Below, in pieces: positions 28,643 to 39,717 of a stretch of 64,000 bases of DNA. Numbering within the stretch: position 1 is the first letter of the stretch; each line of letters begins with the position of its first letter. The notes beneath the pieces were generated by a model. The model worked only from the letters and a program-made list of their open reading frames with translations. It did not search any database and was not told where the DNA came from. The translations under genes were made by a program, and so were the position numbers. Source of the DNA: Mizuhopecten yessoensis (lineage: Eukaryota); assembly GCF_002113885.1 (NCBI RefSeq), contig NW_018408916.1, positions 912,957-976,956 of the forward strand, in the 5' to 3' direction.

Positions 28643-29517
28643 CTCGCATAACGACTATTAGCTGCCACTAGAAAAATAACGACGTGATTTACGATATGAA
28701 TACGATATCCCACTCCATATTTGATATTGTTTAATTCCGTAATACACGCTAAAGTTTGAAAAACTTTACTCCAGTTGAAAGATTACATAATTTTTACACA
28801 TATTTTATATGAATTTATTGATTGGAGAGGTTGAAATTTTCCGTCTGATTTTACTTTGATTTTGTATCACAATAGTGTACCAAAGTAAGTTATCTCACTA
28901 TTGATTGCATTATAATGATTTCCGTTAGATCTCAGAACCTATACTAACTGATGAACTGTAAAACATAAAGTAAAAAAACGGTTTCTGATTTCCTAGTGTA
29001 AAGTTAGACGGATATTTATTTCATAAAATTCAATGCGATGTTGTGTCAGTGATAAAAGCTCTAAAAATGTCATTGTACCGGGGTGTTTACATGTATGTCT
29101 TCAGTAACGTAAATTGTCAATAATAGTCACCTGTAAGGATGCTGTGTTAATTTGTTCTCTAGTAAATATCTTAAATGAAACAAGGTATGTGTAGTAAACA
29201 ATCGGTAAATTATCCGGATATATCGTACCCGACATTACAATGTACGGACGTGCTATTAGTGTATTGAGTCGCATTCCAAAGTGCGCCGAGCTACCAACGG
29301 GGACGTGTCCCACATCTACACCTCCTCATTTCAAAGACTACAACCATATTCATACATTGATGGAGCGGTAAGTACAAATAAGTATCTCCCGTACTGAGGT
29401 TTTATAACAGTACCACCTTTTACATCAAATGAACATGTAAATAGCGTGTTTTTACTAAGAACACGTTCATTTTAATCGTTGAATATGTTGAAGCGGCTGT
29501 AGTAATGTTAGACGTAC

Positions 29518-29547
29518 GGAAACCGAAAGAGGAAGTACAGGACGTCA
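29518..29547 (+). promoter_or_regulatory. ISRE/Ets module, TRIM copy 3
   Basis: GGAAACCGAAAGAGGAAGTACAGGACGTCA. Confidence 0.65.
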
Positions 29548-31407
29548 CCGATTTATTATCTATGCACAATAGAGTAGGAATCGCATTGGTTGTACAGTCA
29601 AAACACCGTCGGATACCATAATTTGAAGAATTTACGTATCCAACGGCGTCATTTTCTAATTACATACAGAGCGGAAGTAATAGTAAAATTGGGCAAACCC
29701 TCGTTCTATAAATAAATTGTTTTGGTATGGTTGACCGAGAAACGTGTTCATATACATGTGTATGCGTGGATACATGCGTGAGTATGAAGGGTCGTCAGGG
29801 CTTGCTTTTCCAATTCAAAATGCATTGTCAAAGGATTAAAAGTATTTAAATGATATGACCTGATCGGAACTCAATTGTTCGAACACACTCATGTTTATAC
29901 GGCGTTTACACAGGTAAAAAGCAAATGTAATGAATATTATATCTCTGCCAGTATTAATAGCTTTCACTTTGAAATTGACTCGTTTTCACATGTTCGTATT
30001 AAACGATTTGTCGGGCGGTAAATTCATATAATTTAAGAGGCAAATTAGACATACAAAAAGTTTGAAACATACATTTTAAGACATTTGAGGAACATAAAAA
30101 CCAACACAACTTTGTCCTAAATAAGACTGAGGACAGGAGTCCTGGTAAAACTATGTGTAGTAATCTTAGGGTTACTTAACATGTTTACTTTGTTGAAAAG
30201 AAAAAAAAATCCATGAATTTCCGTGGCTTTCTTAGCTCGTCTTTTTATAATAACACACCTACATATATACATTGAATATAAATTTTCTAGCAAATTTGTC
30301 GCTAATCTAAATAAGCTATCCACTCCCTCTATTGGGGAATATGTAAGTTTGCACAGATTCGTTTGAACGCATTACGATTGAAAGAAGATTACTTCGGAAA
30401 TATGTCCAAGTACTGATGACAAATATTAGGAGTAACAAGAAACACAGTTTTCATGTATACGTGTCTAAGTTGCACCTATATCGTACAACGGGAGGTAACT
30501 CATTACACATTATCCTTTCCTATTCGAAATGTAACATTCGTGTACATGTGTACACACTTATTACGTCGCCTATACAAATATCGAGTAAAAATATCGGATA
30601 CAAATTTGATATTGTTGTTATTATTGAGCTACCGATCAGACACTCGCTCTGGGAAATACAATGCATACAATATTTTGATGTAGTTTGAGGCGTACCAAAA
30701 GTACGATCATAATTCTTTCATATCTAAAGGCAAGTTTGTTTGTTGCAGACACTGTTTTGTGAACCAATCTAAACAGAGCCAAGCATTTAGTCTACACTGT
30801 ATAGGTCATATGCCGCAATGAATCACAAAACGCAATAGATGTAAACTACGAATGCGTGTACTATATGAGGCGAATGTACTGCATGTATTTATTATACGTA
30901 TTTGAAGAGTTTGTGCAATTTTGATTTAGAAAGATGGTGTATAGATCAGTAACATTTCGGTTGAAATTCACTATACCAGGCCAATGTAACTGATAAACTC
31001 GATGTTTATCATAATATTCAAGATGCTTGTAACCAATAAGCATTTTGCATCACTTAAAATTTGTTTCAAACCTATATTAATGCTATGTTAAACTGTTCAC
31101 GGAGCATTACGTCTTTCGGCATCAGGAAAATGGATTGCATGCCTAAGTTTTATTTCTCTACCAGGAAACAGTATATAAACGTTCACTAATCAAATTGTCT
31201 GGATTGGTTCACATGACATGTCGTAATTGTGTCTACAAAAAATTTCCTATGTAGTAACATGTACAATACCTTATTTCTATCTTACTTATGAAAAAAAATG
31301 AGTTGCAAGTACGCAAACTTTTCTTTATATACCAGCAAAGTCATGCCGATAATATTTCGTTATTCTCATACTTGCAGATACGGAACTAGCGTTTGAGTAC
31401 GTATACC

Positions 31408-33393
31408 ATGGCAGAAGGTGGTCCCCATGCAGACCCTCACTCTGAAGACGGCACACTACGAAACATCTCGGACTCCCAACTTCTCGAATGTCCAATCTGT
31501 CTTGAGCAGTTACGACAGCCGAAGTCTCTGCCGTGTCGTCATTCTCTTTGTGAGGAATGTTTGAGTAGCTACATCGTCAGTGAGGTGTTAGGGACGAGTG
31601 ATACGGCGACTTCCTTTATCTGTCCGGTATGTAGAACGTTAACTCACCCCGTGGACAAAACAGAGGACAAAGAGAAATGGGCCCGGCAGTTTCCGACCGA
31701 CACCGTTGCCATAGAGATGATACAACTGAGAAACAGGGCGACAGAGCCACGTTACTGCGCGCCCTGTCAGAGAAAGGGAAAGATGACCTCTGCACAATTC
31801 TGGTGTAAAATGAATCAGTCATTGTTCTGTGAGTCTTGTAAAGTGAATCACCATGATGTGGTCCATGTGAGCTGTGATATCGTAGATATAAGAGGTTCCG
31901 GGAATTTCCTGTTGAGACGGGAAACATCTGATAAAAGATGCGACAAACACAAGGATGAGATTGCTTATTATTGTGAGGATCACAAGTCATTGGGTTGCAG
32001 TAAATGTATCATTATTGGTCACAGGGAATGTGACAACGTTTCAACAACAGAGGGTTACTGTGAGAAACTTAATAGTAGCTCCCAACTAGAGGAAAGAAAG
32101 ACATTTCTACAGAAAGGAGCAGACGACATGGAATCCATGATAAAGGACTTTTATCTACGACAACAGAATATTGCAGACGACAAAGATGCGGTACTGAAAA
32201 GCATCGACGACCTGCAGGAACGTATGGAGAAGCGTATCAGAGAGATGAAGAAGGAAATCACAGATGACGTAATCACGGCGTACAAACAGGAAAGAGAAAA
32301 TCTGAAGGTGTCCACACAGAAGTGTGAACGACTGAAGGTCGCTATACAGAATACATTAGAATCGTCCGCTACAGCTCTACAGAGGAACGACCATATGGAC
32401 ACGATCCGGCTTTACCAGAAAGGTCAGACGGAGCTCGAGGCTTGTAAAGATCTAGTGAAAGAAATGCAGATGTCGATTTCAACTGTCAGTATTAAACATG
32501 AAATCGATTTGGACGTGGCAGGTCTGAACTTTGGTAAAGTCGTTGTCAGGAAGCAACGAAGAGATTTACCAGGTGTCCCAACTGTCGTCAAACCCTTATT
32601 CAAATGTGAAGTAAAGGAAATAAGAAAGGTGAACATAAAATGTCCGTCTGATCAATCTGCTTGTAATTCTCGTGGTGTTGTTTACTTTCCTGACGGCGGA
32701 ATTGTAGTGGGAGATAACAACAATCAGAAGATCAAGTTAATAAACGATGAGGGGGATGTTGTGGACGAGTTAAACTTGGATGGACGTCCTTGGGATCTGT
32801 GTATGGTGGATAACACCACTGTGGCGGCCGCTATAGAGAGCCCTGGAGGTATACATGTAGTGACTGTCACACCCTCCAAACTTACACTGTCGTCTGTTAT
32901 AAACAAAAATAAACAGTATTACGGGATAACGTACAGAGATGGTGAGTTTATCGTGAGTACGGGATCCGAAGTCTGTAGCGTAAAGAAAGACGGGACGACC
33001 AAGGCGTTATATCGATATACTGGCGAAGTACTCATGTTGTCACATGATTCCAAGGACGGACAGCTCTTTGTCTCACATTTCAACTCCAGGACTGATAGTA
33101 CGGTGATTGGTAAGTTGTCTACTGACAACAAGTACACGGACGTGTTGAAGGTTGGTGTAGTTAAGAGTACGTATGGAGTGGACGTCGACATGGAAGGTAA
33201 CGTCTATGTCTGTGGTTTTTTCTCCAACAACGTGGTACAGATGTCCGGGGATGGGACTAACGTCCGGGAACTGTTAACGGCAGAGGACGGTATCATACGC
33301 CCACTAGCAATATCTGTTTGTGGTGATAAACTGGTGGTGACAAATTGCGCATCAGGACTGAGGAATTCCATCAAAGTCTTTCAACTCTTTTGA
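31408..33393 (+). CDS. TRIM-family E3 ligase (RING/B-box/coiled-coil/NHL-like propeller), copy 3
   Basis: Intact ORF from ACCATGG at 31408 (661 aa), same architecture as copy 1; acceptor just upstream. Confidence 0.93.
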   Translation: MAEGGPHADPHSEDGTLRNISDSQLLECPICLEQLRQPKSLPCRHSLCEECLSSYIVSEVLGTSDTATSFICPVCRTLTHPVDKTEDKEKWARQFPTDTVAIEMIQLRNRATEPRYCAPCQRKGKMTSAQFWCKMNQSLFCESCKVNHHDVVHVSCDIVDIRGSGNFLLRRETSDKRCDKHKDEIAYYCEDHKSLGCSKCIIIGHRECDNVSTTEGYCEKLNSSSQLEERKTFLQKGADDMESMIKDFYLRQQNIADDKDAVLKSIDDLQERMEKRIREMKKEITDDVITAYKQERENLKVSTQKCERLKVAIQNTLESSATALQRNDHMDTIRLYQKGQTELEACKDLVKEMQMSISTVSIKHEIDLDVAGLNFGKVVVRKQRRDLPGVPTVVKPLFKCEVKEIRKVNIKCPSDQSACNSRGVVYFPDGGIVVGDNNNQKIKLINDEGDVVDELNLDGRPWDLCMVDNTTVAAAIESPGGIHVVTVTPSKLTLSSVINKNKQYYGITYRDGEFIVSTGSEVCSVKKDGTTKALYRYTGEVLMLSHDSKDGQLFVSHFNSRTDSTVIGKLSTDNKYTDVLKVGVVKSTYGVDVDMEGNVYVCGFFSNNVVQMSGDGTNVRELLTAEDGIIRPLAISVCGDKLVVTNCASGLRNSIKVFQLF

Positions 33394-36300
33394 CTTATCA
33401 TTAACAACTTATTTTTTTATTGACTTAACGAACACATAAAACCTTTCTGTCATAAATAATAATGATGGGTAAAATCAGCAGTGCGTTCATGAGTAAAGAT
33501 AATATCTTTAAAATCTTACGATCACATTATCAACAGCAGTAATGAAAAACAAACTTTGTTCTGAATGAAGCGTCAATTACGCATTTAATGTTTGTTTGCA
33601 TTGTCCTCACTACCGACCTTAGCCTTGTTTTTTTTTAATCTGATACACATATTTACGGTACATTAATGTTGTAAAGCCGCTATAACTGATCGTGTTGAAA
33701 TACAAAATGTCGATTTCTTCGTGAATTAAGGGTTGTAGATAATTGCTGTTTTAAAGTGTATATCAACTCAAGACAGTTTCTTTAAATATTTTAGCAATGC
33801 TTTCGTTATGAGAAATGAAATCAAGGAAAATAATTTTGAAGATGTTTCGTGAAACCAAAACATGGGTCTGATTCAACGAACGTGAGAGAGCTGAAGTTTA
33901 GAATAATCTGAAAGAGTTTGCATAAGCAATGCTACTACCTAGGAAGAAAACATGTGACGGTAAACTGTTTTTTATGGGGTATTTGGAACTGAAACTTCGT
34001 ATCTTGGGGAACCAACCTGTACGTTTTAATTTGGTTCCGTTGTTTATCGAATTACTTCATCTGTACACCAATCGAAGTTTCTGGTTGTGTTTTTATTAGT
34101 CCAAATAAAGAGGTTTCTATGATACGGTATTATAGCGTATCGATTTTTCTTCGATTCCTGATCGATCCGCAATCAAAATCATTGTGATCATCCAATGATA
34201 ACAAATACTACCGATGAACATGTGTGATAACATAGACCTTGTCCTTCCACTGTTATTGTGCCCATGTAACGGTTCTGAACGGGCAGTAAGGGATTACTTT
34301 TTTTGTGTCTGTCATTTCTTCCGTAAATTCGTAAGACATTTGTGTATTACTTGTGTTGTATGTGTTCTAGAGAAGCTAATGGGTTTGCATGCCGTGCCGT
34401 TTATATGTTATTGTTGACACATGCGTTAGGGTATCGCTCATACTACGAAGTTTGCTTAACGTGGAATTGCAGAAACGAAAGTAGTGACAACTATGACCTT
34501 ATATGGCACGTCATTCATAACTTTTCATTCATATGCAAATATTTGCAGTGACACCTATCGGTAGATGATACAGTTGTGTGACCGCACAACGCACCAAAAA
34601 TAGCGTGTACACACCGTGTATACATCGTGCACACACGCGCCGCACATCAACACATGGTGCGCACATTTGTGCGATAAAACGATCATTCGGGGCGTTGTGC
34701 GCTTCTCTCCGCACAAATGTGCGATTTGGTACAATTGGTTGATCATTATTACGGAATGAAAAAATATCCGGAACCGAACCTTGTGTGGAATAAGGAACAC
34801 TGTATATATCAATTTCTCATCATATTAATTAGGATTATTTTAATTTTACAATGCGTGTTACACAGCATTACAGTGACAGTTAGCTATAAATATAAGCTGT
34901 CAAGATAAGGTTTGGCTCCCAGGTAACAGAACAGGTAAATAACACTTTGATGATTGACCGGAGTTTTACCTGGCCTGTCACTGATAAAGAAAGCTAATAT
35001 GTGATACCGTATGACCGTTATGAAAACAAAACTGGACGTTAAGTATTTATTGTTTTAGATATATAACTCCCCTTCACCTGGATGTTCACACCTTGACGAG
35101 TAAAGTTAGTGCCCCGGTAGGGGAAAATCACGGTTCAGGTACATGCACAAAGTAGCTATGTTTACCTGTATAGGAGAACGTGTCCATATACGTTGTATGC
35201 TATTTTCTATGTGTCGATTGTGGTCGTTTAAAAACACTGAAAACGCTATTTACAACGTTAGCATTACCCTTATCGTTATGTGTCATATGCATATCTCCAT
35301 CGTAAATGGATTTTTGTATTGTCTTTTTGTCAAGATCGACGATTTGAAAAAGACGATCATCAATATTTGAAATGATTCTGTACTTTTCTTCTTCTTATAA
35401 TTAAACCTATAAACATGCATCTGTATGCATACACTGTGAGTATCGTAAGGTGAAAGTAATTAAGGCCCTGATTATATAAATTCTTTCTACTTCACGTTTC
35501 GTATAGAGATTGTGTGTTTACCAGGTGTTTTTTAATTCAAACGCAGATTCACTCAACACTGAAGGTCATGTGATAAAGTGCATTTCATATTACAAACATC
35601 AGTGCGTAGCATGCGAGTCGGACATTTTGTTCATGATCACAAATAACAACCGAAGTAAGATTAAATTTAACAAACAATATTGTAATGTAAAGTAATTGAG
35701 TTTTGAGCAGTGAAATGTATTTAGAAAGTATCTATAAATGGTATACACGTATCGTCAAATATTCGTATTGTAATGAAATGTAGAATACAGAATACAGTTA
35801 TTTGTATGCTAAGTGTTATTGATACAGCAGTAGATATTTAAGTCGGTAGCTATAAGCCGTTATCTGAGACGGTGATTTAAGAACAACTATAAAGTTAAAG
35901 GACGATTATTCCGCATGCAATGATAATTTGGAATATACTGATCGCTTGACAGTCGGAACTTCTCTTGAAATTCAGAAATGGAGAGTTGAGCATTATGCGT
36001 TTGCGTCAAGTAAGTTAAAGGTGAAGTGGACAAAACATTTAAAGTATTTCCCTGAAAATACAGTTAGTGTAAAACGAACAGGTTTGGTCACAAACTAGTA
36101 ACTTGGTATATATAAACCAGGTTTTTTTTCGCACAAATAGCAATCTTGGTTCGGAATGTAGAATACAATCAATCGAACAACACACATGATTTCAAATAAT
36201 TCTGAATTATTTTCACAGGTCTTTCATACGAATGATTACCATGTCAAATTATTAATAAAATGCTCATATCTACCATTATACAATACGGACCCAGTACATC

Positions 36301-36519
36301 CAAGTCTATAATATTGATACCTTTAAAATCTATTCCTTATTTTGAGGTTTAACGGATATGAGCAAGAGCAAGAAACAAATTCAGACCTCATAACTTATCA
36401 CTGTAAGAAAAGAAAAAACATGTAATGGTAATATGAAAAGGCAAAGCCTTAAAAGAGCGTAGCTTTTGTTGATCTCTGATATTTACTGATTCAGAATACT
36501 GCTTTCAGAATGAGATCAA

Positions 36520-37860
36520 TAGAACCTCTCACCCCTTGGGGGCGAGATAAGGGAATCACAACCCTAGGGGGGAGATTCTTATGTTTGGCAAATTACGAAT
36601 CTTTCCCCGAGGGTTAAGATCCCCTGCTATCTTACCCACAAGGGGGTGAATGATTCTTTTTCTCTTACCCTGTTTTCCCAATGTGTATCATATACACAAT
36701 ATAATGATAACGTTACATGCTAAATTCAGGGTTGACATAACTTTGATGGATTGTTGACGTGACGTCATTGTATTTTTGAAGTGACTTCATACCATTGTTA
36801 TGAATAGGGGAATCCCCCCGTCTTAACCCTAGGGTGAGACTAATAGAATCCATCCCTGATGTGAGGTATGGATAAGGTTATTCAAACCCAAGTGATAAAA
36901 TATTGAGCAGGAGACCCGAGGTTTTGCCGAGGGTCTTTTGCTCAATATTTCATCCCGACGATTTGAATACCCTTATCCTTACCTCACATCAGGGATGGAT
37001 TCTATTTCTTGCTTATTATCTAAAACCCATAAAAACATATGCTTTTCTTGTAAAGTTGTAAACTGTCCGAACATTTCTCATTTGCATATGGAGCCCGGCT
37101 GGCAATTGCTTGTGAAGTCAATGACCCTGACTGACCCAAAACGTCATAATATGACGTCACGAACAATAGCGTGACCCCGAAAGGTCACTATAATTCCCCT
37201 GACAGTCTGCGCGTGTAAGCGATCTAGACCGTTGGGTCAGATAGAATCTTCCAGCACCGCCGGAAATGCGGATATATCGGTCTAGTATGCAAGAATAATA
37301 AAATCTATCATCTGTAACTGAGCGAGATCGGGTTATCTCAGTCTAGGGTTAAGATTCTGTAACAAAATCCTAACCGTGGCGTAAGCCGAGGTTGGGATGT
37401 TACAAAATCTTAGCCCGAGACTGAGATATCCCGATCTTGCTCAGTTACAGGTATTTTTTTTTTTTTTCTCGCAACTTTTAGTTCCGAAATTTTCTTTTCT
37501 ATTTTTTTAAAAAAAACTACATGTATCCCGCCTTGGGCCTCAAGTGATAATGACCTCTTCACTACTAAAGCTACATTTGAATGCTTCCGCGTAAAAGCGT
37601 AGTCCGTCCTTACATAGATTACAACGTATTTCACAGTGTTGATTATATTTTATCTACAACATCAAATATCTTACAACGTCGAAACTATACATATAACTAC
37701 AAAACAGAACATGTATCAGGCAAATTATCTATTTCAAGCAGTTAACGCGTGGATAAATACCTCGCAGTGTATGACGTGGGATATCACTGTCTGAGGTGCG
37801 AGAAAAGGAAATTTCACACCGGTAAAAGTGCGGATACACCTGTCCAGGGTAAGAGAAAAG
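36520..37860. mobile_element. Cluster of three long-hairpin non-autonomous DNA elements (Crypton-like, inferred)
   Basis: Inverted repeats at ~36520-36660, ~36845-37005 and ~37312-37452; the latter two have CCG(A/T)GG..GCCGAGG loops. Confidence 0.55.
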
Positions 37861-38609
37861 CTAAACTTTATTTAAAGTTGGCTAGTCGACGAATAAGAAT
37901 AAAACAAAAGCTCTAATGAGAGTAAGACCGACATAATAATAGGAGAACATTTTTGAACATTATTTAATTTTCCCTGTCGGAAGATCGGATGGCCGAACGA
38001 GCCCCGCCACGGGATAAGTCGGACAGGCATTCGGGTAAGTCCGGCCCACGTCGGAATCAGCTTAATTATGACGTCATAAAGTAGGCAACGTCAGATTTGA
38101 CCGCCAATTTTACGACTTTTTATGTGATACATGGGCCGAACTTGCCACAGTATTATTAGCCGAACCTGTCCGGGCCCAAATTGATACAGCAATATGGTAG
38201 TGAGTGCTGGGCTTGGCTTTTATCTATATCATTTGAAGCTGTCAGTGTGTTGCACGTTTGACCTTAAAAAGGAACAATTCCGTCTACAGAAAATTTGCAT
38301 AAGTAGAAGCGATATCATGATTTTCTTTCTATCCTCTGTAAAGCAATTTTCTCCAGTTTAGTAATTTTACATTAGAGTTTTCCTCATCATTTTTTTTTGT
38401 GTGAATGCCCAGCCAACTTAACTGCTAAAATCCTTAAAGTTGAAAATATTAGCTCAAAACAAAAATATCAGGGGTGGCCGAACTTGCCCTGGTCTCCCGT
38501 TTGTAGTTTTTTTTTTGTATTATTGATGATTGGTAAAAATGTATTCACAATATAAATTTGTTGCATCAATGATGCCATTTTCTTCCAGTTAAAGCTTAAG
38601 TAGATACTT

Positions 38610-38815
38610 GGTCGGGTGGCGCAGTGGATAGCGCGCCCGTCTTCACCAAGATGGCGGGATTCAATACCGGTTACCTGCCCGACCATGCAGGTTTTCTCAG
38701 GATCCGCTGTCATCCTCCCACATAAAGAATTAAATCCTCTGCGTGCTTCCGTCAGGTCACAAAAAGAATGATTGAGATAAGTTGGGGAAAAAACTGTTTG
38801 GTAATTGCTATAGAA
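38610..38815 (+). mobile_element. tRNA-derived V-SINE-like element (same family as 20290-20519)
   Basis: A-box TGGCGCAGTGG, B-box-like GATTCAATACC, and a degenerate GGTTTTCTC..CCTCCCAC core. Confidence 0.75.
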
Positions 38816-39717
38816 AAAAGTGCATAAGACATATTTGACGATAAGTCTAATTACATACTGTGGTCAAACGGCACTGTATAGGTTCCGGAAATAGCGATCG
38901 CTTAAACGAGGCAGATTATTGAAGATCACAGCATGCTTGTGATCATAGACATGTTTATGGTATACTATCATCATTACGAAGGTGGGTACAAATCAATTAG
39001 TGTATTATAGATCAACCTTGTTATAAACTTGAAATATCCCAGAAATGAAACTTAAAAGCACATTAAAATATAACGAATCAGTGAGTTTATCACGGCCCGA
39101 AGTCGACAATCTCACAGATTATGTCAATAATTAACTCACAGATCTCCTTTGACACATGGTTTATGTATTTTTTCATTATTCAATGATTTATAAATTCAAA
39201 ACACACATTAACGAAAATATTTGTGTTTTTAAACATAATATAAACAATGATTGTAAATAACACCTATGGACATGCTACTGTATGGATAATAGCGACCAGA
39301 CTGTAGGTTAATAGCGATTACGGCTTTATATTACTGTATGGTTTATTGGATTATTACATTTTGTCTGTTGGTGGGAAAAACACTTTCTCTCACACAGATG
39401 GATAATTTCGAGTTCAGTTACTGCCAAAAGAGCTTTACAGAGTTTAGTGAAATAATTGAACATTGTAATGCAAGACCACGGAACTTAGGAAGAACGGTTA
39501 AATAAACGAAGAATTTTCTTAAACGTTGTAGTATCCCCGCGGTTCAGAGTAATAGCGGGGATTATTTGTCTCGTGCGGCACTCGTTTGCTAGTTGGAGCA
39601 CGAGCGGCGAGTGCTGTCACGCGTCCACGGGACAGGTGAGCACGGGGCCTATAGTATAGGGTCATTTCTAGTCGCCTATTCGGGACGCGCGGTTCACATC
39701 AAACTTTGACTACGAGC

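Larger units (their letters stand above)
24990..33850 (+). repeat. Segmental duplication unit 3 of the TRIM array
   Basis: Colinear with unit 2 upstream; its 3' flank is homologous to the copy 1 flank (9690-10140). Confidence 0.9.

Noticed and set aside
34590-34725. Cluster of TGCRCNC metal-response-like motifs
   Set aside because: Low-complexity GC/AC-rich stretch with no linked gene; probably a repeat remnant.
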